This document shows positions 16,674 to 27,857 of a stretch of DNA of 32,000 nt, piece by piece; the first letter of the stretch is position 1, and each line of letters begins with the position of its first letter. The position numbers were made by a program, and so were the translations under genes. The DNA is from Candidatus Nanosynbacter sp. BB002 (GTDB taxonomy: Bacteria > Patescibacteriota > Saccharimonadia > Saccharimonadales > Saccharimonadaceae). The notes beneath the pieces are model-generated. The model was given only the letters and a program-made list of their open reading frames with translations, searched no databases and had not been told where the DNA came from. The stretch is taken from positions 240,001-272,000 of the forward strand of contig NZ_CP146064.1 of the NCBI RefSeq assembly GCF_037013405.1. The letters run 5' to 3'.

Positions 16674-18458
16674 ATGATAGCCGACATCCACATCACCGAG
16701 AAGAGTTTTGGCGACAAGACGTTGATGCGCGACGTCAAGTTTAGTGTGGATGACGGCGAAAAGGTCGGCGTGGTCGGCCGCAATGGCGTCGGCAAGTCGA
16801 CGTTGTTTGGCATCTTGGCGGGCACGGACACCGACTACACCGGTGAGGTGATTTTTCGGCGCGGCATCACCGTGGCTAGTACGGCGCAGGAACACCACGG
16901 CTTGGGTGATCAGACGGTGCTTGCCTACATTTTGGCGGGGTTACCGGAATATGCGAGCTTAAAGAAAATTATCGATGAGTACCCCGAGACCATGGGCGAT
17001 AATATGCGAAAAATCGAGGAGTATACCCAGGCGCTGGAGCGATTTGACCAGAAAGGGTTTTATCAGGTTGAGGAGAAGATTGCCCGAGAGCTTGATAATT
17101 TTCAGCTGAGCGGGTGCGGCAAGCGGCCGCTTGGTTCCCTATCGGGCGGGCAGAAGCGGCTGGTAGAGATTGTTAAGATTATGCACGCGGAGGCGCATTT
17201 GGCGCTGATTGACGAGCCGACCAACCACATGGATTATGTGGCCAAGCAGCAATTCATCGACTGGATGAGTTCGCAGCCGCGCCAGGCGATGTTGATCATC
17301 ACGCACGACCGCGATGTGCTGGGCCGGGTGGATCGAATTGTTGAGCTCAAAGATGGTCGAGCGGTTAGCTACCGCGGTAATTATGATGCTTACCTCAAGC
17401 AAAATGCTCAGGCGACGGCGGCGGGTATGAATAATTTTGAGCAAATTGAGAAGCGGATGACTAATCTTCGACAAAAGGTGTTGGATTATCAGCGGCTAAA
17501 GGAAAAGTCGCGAAACCCCGGCACTATCCAAAAGTTCAAGCGGCTGGAACATGAGGCGCGGGCCGAGCTGGCGGAATTATCAGAGATGGACAAGCCGACG
17601 TTTTGGATTGACAAGGAGTCAGCTGAGCAGCTTGATTATAAGTCGGCTGAGCACTACGGCAAGTTCAAGGCGCGCAATATTCGGCTATCGATGAAGGATG
17701 CGGCTAGCCGTAGCCAGCATGTGCTGGTGCGAGTTGAGGATGCGGCAGTTGGGGTTGGCGAGCGGATACTGTTTGAGGGGGTGGATATTGATTTGCGTGA
17801 GGGTGAGGCGATGGAGCTGCGTGGTCGTAATGGCGCTGGTAAGACGACGCTGATTCGGATGTTGTTAAATAGTAGGGCGGCAGTCACTCCACCGTCCTCC
17901 GCCAGAGCACACTCTTCGCTCAAATCTCCATCGGAGATTTTTCGCGAGCGTTCGGCTGAAACGTCCGCTACTCGCGAACGTTCCACAGCCTCTGGCGTAG
18001 AAGGTGTCGCACCTGCCGCTCCTATCCTCTACTCCGGCAACCTCTTCCTCGATCCGCAGGTGCGGGTGGGTGTGTATGAGCAAGAGATCGATGAGCAGTA
18101 TTTGGCGGATCCGCTGGAGGTGGCGATCGAGAAATTGTATCTGAGCCGTGACCTGCCGATTTCTGAGACGAAAATCCGCCAATTGCTAGCTGATTATCTG
18201 TTTACCGAAGCGGATCGGATGACGGCAGTGGCGCGCCTGTCGGGTGGGCAAAAAGCCCGCTTTCAGATTATTGCCATGCTGGCGAATGACCCGCAGCTGC
18301 TGATTTTGGATGAGCCGACCAACCACCTTGATTTGCCGAGTATCGAGGAACTGGAGATGGCACTGGCGAAATATTCTGGCGCTATCCTGTACGTTAGCCA
18401 CGACAATTACTTCCGCCAAGCAATCGGCGGCGAAGTGGTGCAAATCGGCGCAGCATAA
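16674..18458 (+). CDS. ABC-F family ATPase (two NBDs, no TMD; translation-factor type) with an insertion in NBD2
   Basis: NBD1 has GRNGVGKST, LSGGQKRL and LALIDEPTNHMD. NBD2 has GRNGAGKTT, LSGGQKAR and LLILDEPTNHLD. I place the start at ATG 16674 (MIADIHITEK), with TGgTACAAT ending 6 nt upstream. Confidence 0.9.
   Translation: MIADIHITEKSFGDKTLMRDVKFSVDDGEKVGVVGRNGVGKSTLFGILAGTDTDYTGEVIFRRGITVASTAQEHHGLGDQTVLAYILAGLPEYASLKKIIDEYPETMGDNMRKIEEYTQALERFDQKGFYQVEEKIARELDNFQLSGCGKRPLGSLSGGQKRLVEIVKIMHAEAHLALIDEPTNHMDYVAKQQFIDWMSSQPRQAMLIITHDRDVLGRVDRIVELKDGRAVSYRGNYDAYLKQNAQATAAGMNNFEQIEKRMTNLRQKVLDYQRLKEKSRNPGTIQKFKRLEHEARAELAELSEMDKPTFWIDKESAEQLDYKSAEHYGKFKARNIRLSMKDAASRSQHVLVRVEDAAVGVGERILFEGVDIDLREGEAMELRGRNGAGKTTLIRMLLNSRAAVTPPSSARAHSSLKSPSEIFRERSAETSATRERSTASGVEGVAPAAPILYSGNLFLDPQVRVGVYEQEIDEQYLADPLEVAIEKLYLSRDLPISETKIRQLLADYLFTEADRMTAVARLSGGQKARFQIIAMLANDPQLLILDEPTNHLDLPSIEELEMALAKYSGAILYVSHDNYFRQAIGGEVVQIGAA
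17868..18023 (+). repeat. In-frame ~156-nt palindrome-containing insertion (copy A of a shared element) in ABC-F NBD2
   Basis: It encodes NSRAAVTPPSSARAHSSLKSPSEIFRERSAETSATRERSTASGVEGVAPAAP between Walker A and the beta-strand/Q-loop (ILYSGNLFLDPQVRVGVYEQ). ABC-F proteins normally have about 10 aa there. It contains hairpins AAATCTCC/GGAGATTT (17922-17940) and TTCGCGAG/CTCGCGAA (17941-17978). It shares nucleotide blocks with 29913-30083. Confidence 0.5.
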
Positions 18459-18483
18459 AAATCCCGCCACTGTTAGGCGGGAT
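18457..18483. terminator. Hairpin terminator between the convergent ABC-F and glutaredoxin-like genes
   Basis: The stem pairs ATCCCGCC (18461-18468) with GGCGGGAT (18476-18483). AAAA on the plus-strand 5' side gives a T-tract on the minus strand. Confidence 0.65.
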
Positions 18484-18506
18484 AATTCGTATTCAGACGC
18501 TTATTT

Positions 18507-18791
18507 TTAATCAGCCAACAAGCCGTTCTTGCGCAGCAAGTCTTGTAGTTTTGGTCGATCAAAACCAAGCACCAACTCGCCGTTAATGTCAGTCACTGGC
18601 ACGCCTTGGAAATTGCCGCCATTTTTTGCTAGTAGTTCTTCTTTGGCTGCAGGTTCTGCTTCAATGTCTTTCTTGATGAAGTCAATTCCCAGTTTTTCCA
18701 ACCATTCCATTTCAGTGTGACAAAATGCGCACCAACTGGTACTGTAGACGGTTACTTTGGCGCTGTGGTTGGTTGCTGTATCTTCGCTCAT
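18507..18791 (-). CDS. Glutaredoxin-like / NrdH-like thioredoxin-fold protein
   Basis: It has VTVYSTSWCAFCHTEMEWL (a CxxC motif after beta-1) and GVPVTDINGELVLGFD (the cis-Pro VP region). A Shine-Dalgarno GAGGGG lies before the ATG. Confidence 0.8.
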   Translation of the reverse strand: MSEDTATNHSAKVTVYSTSWCAFCHTEMEWLEKLGIDFIKKDIEAEPAAKEELLAKNGGNFQGVPVTDINGELVLGFDRPKLQDLLRKNGLLAD

Positions 18792-18873
18792 ATATTCCCC
18801 TCAACTTTCTTTACGTAAGTCTATTATAGCATATTGTACATGCTTATCGACAAGTGTATAATGATGAGTAATC

Positions 18874-21093
18874 ATGGGTGCGGACAGCAAAAAAACAGGA
18901 TTTACCTTGCCAACAGTTCTCATCACTTCAGTAATTATGCTGACCTTACTTTTGGTGGCCATGCAGCTGGCTGCTTCATATGCAGCGGCGTTACGGGACC
19001 GGTATTATAACCAATTGGCGCGCGAAGCTGCTGAAAGTGGTCTTGCATATGCTGTGTCTTGTTTGCGCAGCAACGGTATGATTTCGCCATGGGGATCAAA
19101 AAATCTAGCTCCAGAAACAAACTGTGCGGGTGATCCAGAGCCTGGTCAGTCAAATACTGTGATGCATGAGGGCAATATTCGAACGCGGTTTACTGTCCCT
19201 CCTCTTGGCTCAACCGGTGGTGAGGTCCAGCAGGCCTACGCTACCGGCTATGTTGAGTTATTGCGACCAAGCGGTGGCGTGTGGAAAACGTATACCCGAG
19301 TGTTGTCATTGGCCACTGGAGCGCAAACACGTGTCGACACCTTGGCGTTTGGATATGAGGGTGATATGCACGGCATACAGCACAAAGTATTCTTTGCGAC
19401 AATTGACTCTGCTGGACGTGTCCGGTCAGTTGGGGCGAACGACCGCGGTCAATTGGGTGCTGGATTGATTTCGACAGCTCAGCCAACGCCAGTGAGATTT
19501 AATATGTCCCAGCGCGCAGTTTCAGTGCACACCAACTTTGTCTCTGTCGGTGGAAACTTGATGATTCGAGATGAGAACGGTGCGGTGTATGGTGCGGGCA
19601 AAAATGATCGCGGTCAATTGGGTGCTGGCTATATGAGTCCGACCGTCTCAACACCAGTGAGGTTTGGCTTGCCGGTTGGAGTTAAAGCAGTTACTGTCAA
19701 CTCAGGTTGGGCAAACTTTGTACTGGGGAATGATAAAAATATCTATGCTGCTGGTGAATGTACCTACGGCCTATTGGGTACTGGTGATTATACCGTTGCT
19801 CCGGCGTATGCGACCGCCTGTAGTAATAGGTCTACTCCAAAGCGTGTTGCCTTGCCTTTCCCGAACCCTGGTAATCCAGGAACGATTCCGACTGCTCACT
19901 TGGTGCAGGACCGATATAACGCTTATGTCATCATGCAAAATGGTGCCGTGTATGGTTGGGGTGCGAATGACTACTATCAGTTGGGTCGCGCCAATATATC
20001 AAGTTCATCAACGCCAGTAAGAATTGGTGACTTTGGTAATCCCGGTAAACCACGCGCCATGCAGCTGGCCTTTGACGGAGGTACACTATATATTTTGGCG
20101 AATGATGGTAAGGTTTATGGCGTGGGTGGCTCAAACCATTTGGAGGTCGGTAAAGATAACCTAGTGTTCCGTTGGCGATTTTTAGAGGGTCGTTGCATGG
20201 AGGCGGTTGGTCCTACTACAGTAGCTCCTCGTAGTTGTAATGACAGCTCCCAGCAGCAGTTTGAATACACGCCGCAAGAGCAGATCAAGATAAACGGTAA
20301 ATGTGTGGAAAATACTGCCGGTGACTTGGTGAATATTCGTTTGGCGAATTGTAACCCTTCGGCTGCTATTCAGCGCTGGCGCATGGTATCATATGGCTCG
20401 GATCGTATTTTCCGTCGAGGTGCGAGTAATCACTGTTTAGCAGCTAACGCTTCTGGTACAGCAATGGCGATATCTGCTGGTTGCCCACCAACTAATAAGC
20501 ATATATTCTTCAGGCTTCAGACACCAAAAATTCGAGATCTTGGCGTCCCGGGTTTTGTACAGCAGATTTCTACGGACGAGTTATTTGCATCATATCGTAC
20601 ATCTGATGGAAATGTGTACAGTACTGGTAGTAATTATCATGGTGTGTTTGGTAATAGTGCCAACCATGCGAACGGGGCGACTAACTGGAGGAACCCAACC
20701 CCAGTAAAATTCATGCTACCAGCCGGCGTGAAAGCGGTTGACATCTGGTCAACAGCCTATGCAGGGCGTGTCAGTAACTTGTTTGTAGTGGGTGATGACG
20801 GTAAGGTTTACGGTGCTGGCTCTAATGAAAATGGTCAGTTGGGTACTGGTGATAAGGTAAGCCGCAATACACCAACACCAATGCAGTTGTTTGGCAGTAG
20901 CCCAACTGCCCCTCGTGCTAAGCACGTGGAAAGTGGTGGGGGTACGACTGTGATCTTTACGACTGATAACCGTGTGTATACAGTCGGTAACAATAACCGA
21001 GGACAACTTGGTGACGGTACGACCACTGATTCAACGGTGCCAATTTTGGGTCGTTACACGAATGTGCCAATCCAAGAACATCTCGTATTCTAG
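18874..21093 (+). CDS. Type IV minor-pilin-like (PilX-N type) protein fused to an RCC1-repeat beta-propeller with an embedded ricin-B-type lectin domain
   Basis: The N-terminus KKTGFTLPTVLITSVIMLTLLLVAMQLAAS...LAREAAESGLAYAV has a prepilin-like G/FTL site plus a PilX_N-like AExGL motif. There are at least six RCC1 signatures (GANDRGQLGAG, GKNDRGQLGAG, GECTYGLLGTGD, GANDYYQLGR, GSNENGQLGTGD, GNNNRGQLGDGT). The central Cys-rich segment has QxW-like motifs (QQQF, IQRW) and resembles a beta-trefoil (about nt 20160-20520). Confidence 0.7.
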   Translation: MGADSKKTGFTLPTVLITSVIMLTLLLVAMQLAASYAAALRDRYYNQLAREAAESGLAYAVSCLRSNGMISPWGSKNLAPETNCAGDPEPGQSNTVMHEGNIRTRFTVPPLGSTGGEVQQAYATGYVELLRPSGGVWKTYTRVLSLATGAQTRVDTLAFGYEGDMHGIQHKVFFATIDSAGRVRSVGANDRGQLGAGLISTAQPTPVRFNMSQRAVSVHTNFVSVGGNLMIRDENGAVYGAGKNDRGQLGAGYMSPTVSTPVRFGLPVGVKAVTVNSGWANFVLGNDKNIYAAGECTYGLLGTGDYTVAPAYATACSNRSTPKRVALPFPNPGNPGTIPTAHLVQDRYNAYVIMQNGAVYGWGANDYYQLGRANISSSSTPVRIGDFGNPGKPRAMQLAFDGGTLYILANDGKVYGVGGSNHLEVGKDNLVFRWRFLEGRCMEAVGPTTVAPRSCNDSSQQQFEYTPQEQIKINGKCVENTAGDLVNIRLANCNPSAAIQRWRMVSYGSDRIFRRGASNHCLAANASGTAMAISAGCPPTNKHIFFRLQTPKIRDLGVPGFVQQISTDELFASYRTSDGNVYSTGSNYHGVFGNSANHANGATNWRNPTPVKFMLPAGVKAVDIWSTAYAGRVSNLFVVGDDGKVYGAGSNENGQLGTGDKVSRNTPTPMQLFGSSPTAPRAKHVESGGGTTVIFTTDNRVYTVGNNNRGQLGDGTTTDSTVPILGRYTNVPIQEHLVF

Positions 21094-21098
21094 TGGTT

Positions 21099-21317
21099 CT
21101 AGCGTGACGTGAGGTGCCAGCCGCCGCACCAATGGCATTTGTAGGTCGCCAGGAGCAGCTGCGGATCAGTTAGCTGACGGCTAGCTATTTCCCTTTCGGC
21201 TTGTTGTTGGGTTGAAAAGCGGCGTTTTTGATGGCAATTGTTGAGCTCATGTACAGTAGTTAGCGGCTGTCTATTTTTCTGGACTGGTTGAGATCTTGGA
21301 TAATTTTTCCTCGGCAT
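21099..21317 (-). CDS. Small basic zinc-ribbon-like protein
   Basis: It is 72 aa, with C-H...(32 aa)...C-HW-C-GGWH (NNCHQKRRF...YKCHWCGGWHLT). I recognise no family. Confidence 0.45.
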   Translation of the reverse strand: MPRKNYPRSQPVQKNRQPLTTVHELNNCHQKRRFSTQQQAEREIASRQLTDPQLLLATYKCHWCGGWHLTSR

Positions 21318-21355
21318 ATTGTCAAATAGTATAGCAGATTGATATAGTATAGGTA

Positions 21356-21616
21356 ATGGCTGAAAAACCTAAGGTTCAGAGCGACCAAAAAACAGACGTA
21401 GATGCCACTGCGGTTATGATGAAAACCATCATCGGGACGACGTGGCGCATGTTTGTGCCGAGTATCGGTCTGATGTTGGTGGGGCTGTGGGCCGATCTGA
21501 TTCTGCACACCAAACCCTGGCTGATGATTGCAGGGATTATCGTGGGTCTGGCGGCGTCAGCAGGATTGATTTATCAGCAAATACGTTTCATAAAACAGAG
21601 AGAGGCTAGTCAATGA
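21356..21616 (+). CDS. AtpZ/AtpI-like small membrane protein (ATP synthase operon gene 1)
   Basis: It has two TM helices with the GLWADLILHTKPWLMIAGIIVGLAAS pattern typical of the ATPase_gene1 family. It lies directly upstream of atpB and overlaps it (ATGA). Confidence 0.7.
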   Translation: MAEKPKVQSDQKTDVDATAVMMKTIIGTTWRMFVPSIGLMLVGLWADLILHTKPWLMIAGIIVGLAASAGLIYQQIRFIKQREASQ

Positions 21617-22455
21617 TACACCAGTTTGCAAGCAGTCTGCATATTTCAGTCAAAGCAGACGAGATAGTACAGGTTGGCGGCATTTCAGTCACCAACTCTC
21701 ACCTGTTGGGTGCTTTAGGCTTGTTAGTTTTGGTATGGATTATGCTGCGAACGCGTGCGGCAGCGCTGGGCAAAAAGAAGCCTAATTTTGTGACGCGGTT
21801 GGTTAACTGGACGTTTGATGGCTTGTACGGCACGGTCAAACAGGTCATTCAAGATGACGTTTGGGCGGCGCGAGTGGCGCCATTGACTATCACGATATTT
21901 TTCTTTGTAATAGCGCAGTACTGGCTGGGGCTGTTGCCTTTCGTTGGTCCTGTGACAGTTGGAGAGCACGACACTCCCCTGTTTCGTGGCGGCGTGGCTG
22001 ATTTAAACATGACGTTTGGGCTGGCTATCATCACCATCATTGCGGCGCAAATTTATGCGTTCCGCTACTTGGGATTCCGCGGCAACATGGGGCGATATTT
22101 CGTCAATCCACTGAAAGATCCAATCATGTCATTTGTTGGTATTTTGGAGTTGGTAGCAGAGTTCTCGCGCTTACTGGGACTGAGTTTCCGTTTGTTTGGT
22201 AATGTGCTGGCGGGCGAAGTACTGCTGATCATGATCGCCTATCTAACAAAGTACGCTTCACCGGCGATGCTACAGCCGTTCTATCTGTTCGAGTTATTTA
22301 TCGGCGGTATTCAAGCATATATTTTCTTTATGTTGTCAACGGTATTTATCTCCCTAGGACTCACTCCTCACGGTGACCACAACGAGTCCAGCCATGCGCA
22401 TGTTCATTCCCCTGTTGATATTTCAAAGAAAATGACAGAGAATGAAAATAAGTAG
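21613..22455 (+). CDS. atpB: F0F1 ATP synthase subunit a
   Basis: It is polytopic, with the conserved LSFRLFGNVLAGEVLL (essential Arg) and the C-terminal helix pair. Confidence 0.93.
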   Translation: MIHQFASSLHISVKADEIVQVGGISVTNSHLLGALGLLVLVWIMLRTRAAALGKKKPNFVTRLVNWTFDGLYGTVKQVIQDDVWAARVAPLTITIFFFVIAQYWLGLLPFVGPVTVGEHDTPLFRGGVADLNMTFGLAIITIIAAQIYAFRYLGFRGNMGRYFVNPLKDPIMSFVGILELVAEFSRLLGLSFRLFGNVLAGEVLLIMIAYLTKYASPAMLQPFYLFELFIGGIQAYIFFMLSTVFISLGLTPHGDHNESSHAHVHSPVDISKKMTENENK

Positions 22456-22486
22456 TTAAGTAATAATTATAAGGAGAATATCAATC

Positions 22487-22699
22487 ATGGAAGCATTAGC
22501 TTTTGCCTTAACTTACGCAATCCCAGCAGCCTTCGCAGCAATTGGTGCCGCAATGATCGGTGCTGCAGCGATGAACGCCGCAGGTCGCAACCCAGAGAAA
22601 ATTAACGACTTGCGTACCATGATGATTCTTGGTATTTCATTCATCGACGCCTTGGCAATTATCGGTTTCGTGGCTGCCATCGTCGGTAAGGTTATGTAA
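22487..22699 (+). CDS. atpE: F0F1 ATP synthase subunit c
   Basis: It is a 70-aa hairpin with an RNPE loop (GRNPEK) and the carboxylate in helix 2 (ISFIDALAIIG). A Shine-Dalgarno AAGGAG lies upstream. Confidence 0.93.
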   Translation: MEALAFALTYAIPAAFAAIGAAMIGAAAMNAAGRNPEKINDLRTMMILGISFIDALAIIGFVAAIVGKVM

Positions 22700-22713
22700 T
22701 TTAGAGGTAAATT

Positions 22714-23262
22714 GTGGAAAGATTGGTAACACAATTTGCGAGTGCTGAAGCTCACGCAGCTGATAAGGCTGATTTGTTTGGCTCTTTGGGAATCGATTGG
22801 AAGCTGTTGGCGCTGCAGTCGGTAGCATTTTTGATATTGCTGTTTGTGTTGAGCAAATGGGTATATCCGCCACTAGCAGCGATGCTGGACAAGCGTGATA
22901 AAGATCTTCGAACGGCTGAAAAAGCTGCCAAATCAGCGCGTGAAAATGCTGACAAGACGGAAAAAATGATCAACGCCTCGATGCGCAAGGCACGAGCAGA
23001 AGCGCGTGACATCGTTGCTTCAGCGAGGAACGAGGCGGCAGAAATCATTGAAGCTGCAGCCAAGAAAGCTGAAACGCGAGCGGACGGCATCATTGAAGCG
23101 GCCCGAACAGAAATTGCTGGCGAAGTTGCGGCTGCGCGCCAAGCTTTGCATAACGAAACATTGCAATTGGTGGCTGAAGCGACCGGCACCCTGGTGAACG
23201 AGAAATTGGACGCTAAAAAAGACGGCAAATTGATCGAGAAAGCTCTGAAGGAGGCGCGCTAA
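22714..23262 (+). CDS. atpF: F0F1 ATP synthase subunit b
   Basis: It starts at GTG. It has an N-terminal TM segment (LALQSVAFLILLFVLSKWVYPPL), then a long Ala/Glu/Lys/Arg-rich helix. Its position in the operon agrees. Confidence 0.88.
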   Translation: MERLVTQFASAEAHAADKADLFGSLGIDWKLLALQSVAFLILLFVLSKWVYPPLAAMLDKRDKDLRTAEKAAKSARENADKTEKMINASMRKARAEARDIVASARNEAAEIIEAAAKKAETRADGIIEAARTEIAGEVAAARQALHNETLQLVAEATGTLVNEKLDAKKDGKLIEKALKEAR

Positions 23263-23645
23263 TGCCTGCACGAACGTCGCGTCGCAAATTGGCTCGGTAT
23301 GTGGCTGAACGATTGATGAACAACGATGTGACGGTTGTGGATGAGGTGGCAGCGCTGCTAAGTCATGAAAAACGTCAGCGTGAAGTTGACTTGTTGGTGC
23401 GCGACATTCAAGCAGAACTAGCGGAGCGTGGCTTAACGGTGGCGACGGTTGAATCAGCGCGAGCATTGACGAATGAGGCGCGTTCGGCCATCATGACGCT
23501 ACTCAAGAAGCCTCAGACGGTTGTTCAATTGAGCGAAGTTGTTCGTCCAGAACTCATCGGTGGCTTCAAACTACGGACGCCAACCGCAACGCTGGATGCG
23601 ACGATTGCCAAGAAATTAAACGACTTGCGGGCGAAGAAAATCTAG
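23262..23645 (+). CDS. atpH: F0F1 ATP synthase subunit delta (OSCP), short 127-aa form
   Basis: The OSCP-like C-terminus is [28 protein letters not shown]. It lies between atpF and atpA, and the flanking genes leave no room for a longer N-terminus. Confidence 0.75.
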   Translation: MPARTSRRKLARYVAERLMNNDVTVVDEVAALLSHEKRQREVDLLVRDIQAELAERGLTVATVESARALTNEARSAIMTLLKKPQTVVQLSEVVRPELIGGFKLRTPTATLDATIAKKLNDLRAKKI

Positions 23646-23653
23646 GAGGAAAA

Positions 23654-25180
23654 ATGAGCAAGATTGATGTGACAGAACTAGCCAAAAGCCTGCGGGAAAA
23701 AATCGCGCAGCTGGAGGCGACGGAAGGACTAGAGGACGCTGGTGTGGTCATCCGTGTCGGTGACGGCGTGGCGTGGGTGCACGGCCTCAGTAAAGCTGGC
23801 TATAGCGAAGTGCTAGAAATTGAAACTGATGGTGGCGTAGTGGAAGCATTCGCCCTGAACTTAATGGAAGACGAAATCGGTGCGGTGATCCTTGGCGGTG
23901 AAGAAAAAGTCAAGGCTGGTGCCAGCGTCCGCCGCAAGGGTGCGGTGCTGGATGTGCCAGTTGGCGAGGAGCTACTCGGCCGGGTGGTTGACCCGCTCGG
24001 TCGGCCGCTCGATGGCGGACCAGCCATCAAGACGAAGCAGCGAGGGCTGATTGAACGCCCAGCCATTGGCGTGATGGGTCGTAAGTCGGTGCACGAGCCG
24101 CTGATGACCGGTATCATGTCAATCGACGCCATGTTCCCAATCGGTCGCGGGCAGCGTGAGCTGATCATCGGCGACCGTCAGACGGGAAAAACGGCCATTG
24201 CCATCGACACCATGATCAACCAGGCGCGGCAAAAGACCGGCGTGGTCAACGTCTACGTGGCGATTGGACAGAAATTATCAAAGATTGCCAGGTTAGTTGA
24301 TCGCCTGAAAGAAGAAGGCGTGATGGAGCAAACCATCGTGGTGGCGACCAGCCCGTCGGATGCGGCTTCCCTCTTGTACTTGGCACCATATGCTGGTACG
24401 GCCATGGGTGAATATTTCCGCGACAACGGCGGCCATGCGCTGATGATTTATGACGATTTGACCAAGCATGCGGTGGCCTACCGCCAGATGTCATTGCTGC
24501 TCCGCCGTCCACCGGGACGCGAGGCGTATCCTGGTGATGTCTTCTACCTGCACTCTCGCCTGTTGGAGCGTTCAGCCAAGTTGTCGGACGAATTGGGTGC
24601 CGGCTCGTTGACTGCTCTGCCAATCATCGAGACGCAGGCTGGCGACATCTCGGCGTACATCCCGACCAACGTGATTTCCATCACCGACGGTCAGATTTTT
24701 CTGGAGACTGACTTGTTCTACCAAGGTATTCGCCCGGCTATCTCTGCTGGTCTATCGGTCTCCCGCGTCGGTGGTGCTGCCCAGACTAAGGCGGTTAAAT
24801 CAGTTGGTGGTAACCTGAAGCTCGGCCTTTCACAGTTCCGTGAGTTGGCTAGTTTCGCGCAATTTGGCTCAGACCTGGATGATGCGACTAAGGCGCAAAT
24901 TGACCGCGGCCAGCGCCTGACTGAACTCTTGAAGCAGCCGCAGTACCAGCCAATGAGCGTTTGGGAGCAATTTGTCAGCATCCACGCGGTGACTAGCGGT
25001 GCCTTTGACAATGTGCCAGTCGCTAAGATCAAGGAAGCGCAGGCTGGCCTATTGACGCAACTTTGGAATAACGCTAAAGACACCATGCGTGAATTGAACA
25101 AGGGCGCCAAGCCAACTGACGAGCAACTCCAGGTCATTGACGAGGCAACGCAGGTGGCAGCGAAAGGCTTTGAGGAGTAA
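23654..25180 (+). CDS. atpA: F0F1 ATP synthase subunit alpha
   Basis: It has the Walker A GDRQTGKT and the stretch [20 protein letters not shown]. The length is 508 aa. Confidence 0.97.
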   Translation: MSKIDVTELAKSLREKIAQLEATEGLEDAGVVIRVGDGVAWVHGLSKAGYSEVLEIETDGGVVEAFALNLMEDEIGAVILGGEEKVKAGASVRRKGAVLDVPVGEELLGRVVDPLGRPLDGGPAIKTKQRGLIERPAIGVMGRKSVHEPLMTGIMSIDAMFPIGRGQRELIIGDRQTGKTAIAIDTMINQARQKTGVVNVYVAIGQKLSKIARLVDRLKEEGVMEQTIVVATSPSDAASLLYLAPYAGTAMGEYFRDNGGHALMIYDDLTKHAVAYRQMSLLLRRPPGREAYPGDVFYLHSRLLERSAKLSDELGAGSLTALPIIETQAGDISAYIPTNVISITDGQIFLETDLFYQGIRPAISAGLSVSRVGGAAQTKAVKSVGGNLKLGLSQFRELASFAQFGSDLDDATKAQIDRGQRLTELLKQPQYQPMSVWEQFVSIHAVTSGAFDNVPVAKIKEAQAGLLTQLWNNAKDTMRELNKGAKPTDEQLQVIDEATQVAAKGFEE

Positions 25181-25183
25181 TCC

Positions 25184-26061
25184 ATGCCGAGTACTCGTGC
25201 GCTGAAAAATCGCATTCGCTCGGTGGATTCGACCAAGCAAATCACTAAGGCGATGCAGTTGGTGGCGGCCAGCAAAATGCGCCGTTCGCAAGAGGCGGAC
25301 AAGGCGTCAGCTCCCTACACCATGGCAGCCGAGGAGTTGCTGAGCTACCTGGCCAGTCAAGGTGCAACTGATAACCACCCGCTGTTTAAGCGCCGCAAAA
25401 TCACTAAGCGCTTGATCATCGTCATTGCCAGCGACAAAGGCCTGGCTGGTGCGTATAATACCAATGTTCTGAAGAAATATCTGGAGCTGCTGAAACGCGA
25501 CGATGAGCGCGGCATTGAGAATCTTACCTTGACCGTCGGCCGCCGAGCTTCGCAGTTTGCATCACGCTTGAAGGATACCAAAGTGGTGGGTAATTATGAT
25601 AATTTGCCAGATCAGCCAACGGGACTTACTTTTCACACGATTTTGAACACTGCCATCAGCATGTTTGAGAATGGCGAGGTTGACGCGGTGACGTTGGTGT
25701 ATACACGATTTGTGAATAGCATGGTGCAAACAGCGGAACTGTCGCGTTTGCTACCGGCAGGTACCAAGGCCTTAGTTGATCCAAGCGAGGTCTCAAATAC
25801 GGTTTCTGATGCCAAGTATGAACCAAGTATTCCAGAGGTACTGGACGCCGTTGCCTACCGTTTGACGGGTGCGCGATTGTTTCAAGCGCTACTGGACGCT
25901 CGCGCCAGTGAGCACTCCATGCGGATGATGGCAATGAAAAATGCGACGGACAATGCTTCTGACCTAGTGGACGATTTGACGCTGGCGATGAACAAAGCTC
26001 GCCAAGGTGCAATTACCCAGGAGCTGGCAGAAATTTCCGGTGGTGTGGAGGCGATGGAACA

Positions 26062-26065
<4 letters not shown>
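25184..26065 (+). CDS. atpG: F0F1 ATP synthase subunit gamma
   Basis: The N-terminus is LKNRIRSVDSTKQITKAMQLVAASKMRR and the C-terminus is ARQGAITQELAEISGG. Confidence 0.95.
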
Positions 26066-27853
<1,788 letters not shown>

Positions 27854-27857
27854 CCTG

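Noticed and set aside
17868-18023. Intein or intron as the explanation for the ABC-F and dus insertions
   Set aside because: The segments are only ~52-57 codons, and even mini-inteins need about 130 or more. They lack N-terminal Cys/Ser and C-terminal His-Asn splice residues. They are far shorter than group I or II introns and keep the host frame open.
22487-22699. Na+-coupled c-subunit
   Set aside because: The helix-2 carboxylate context is FIDAL (Asp followed by Ala). The Gln in helix 1 and the Glu-Ser/Thr pair plus Tyr of Na+-binding c-rings are not evident. There is no basis to call Na+ specificity.
22752-25302. Long antisense ORFs inside the atp operon (22752-23228, 23020-23466, 23800-24168, 24246-24623 and 24718-25302)
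   Set aside because: They lie opposite unambiguous, highly conserved ATP synthase genes. They are a by-product of codon and composition bias (Ala/Arg/Ser-rich) and have no start signals.
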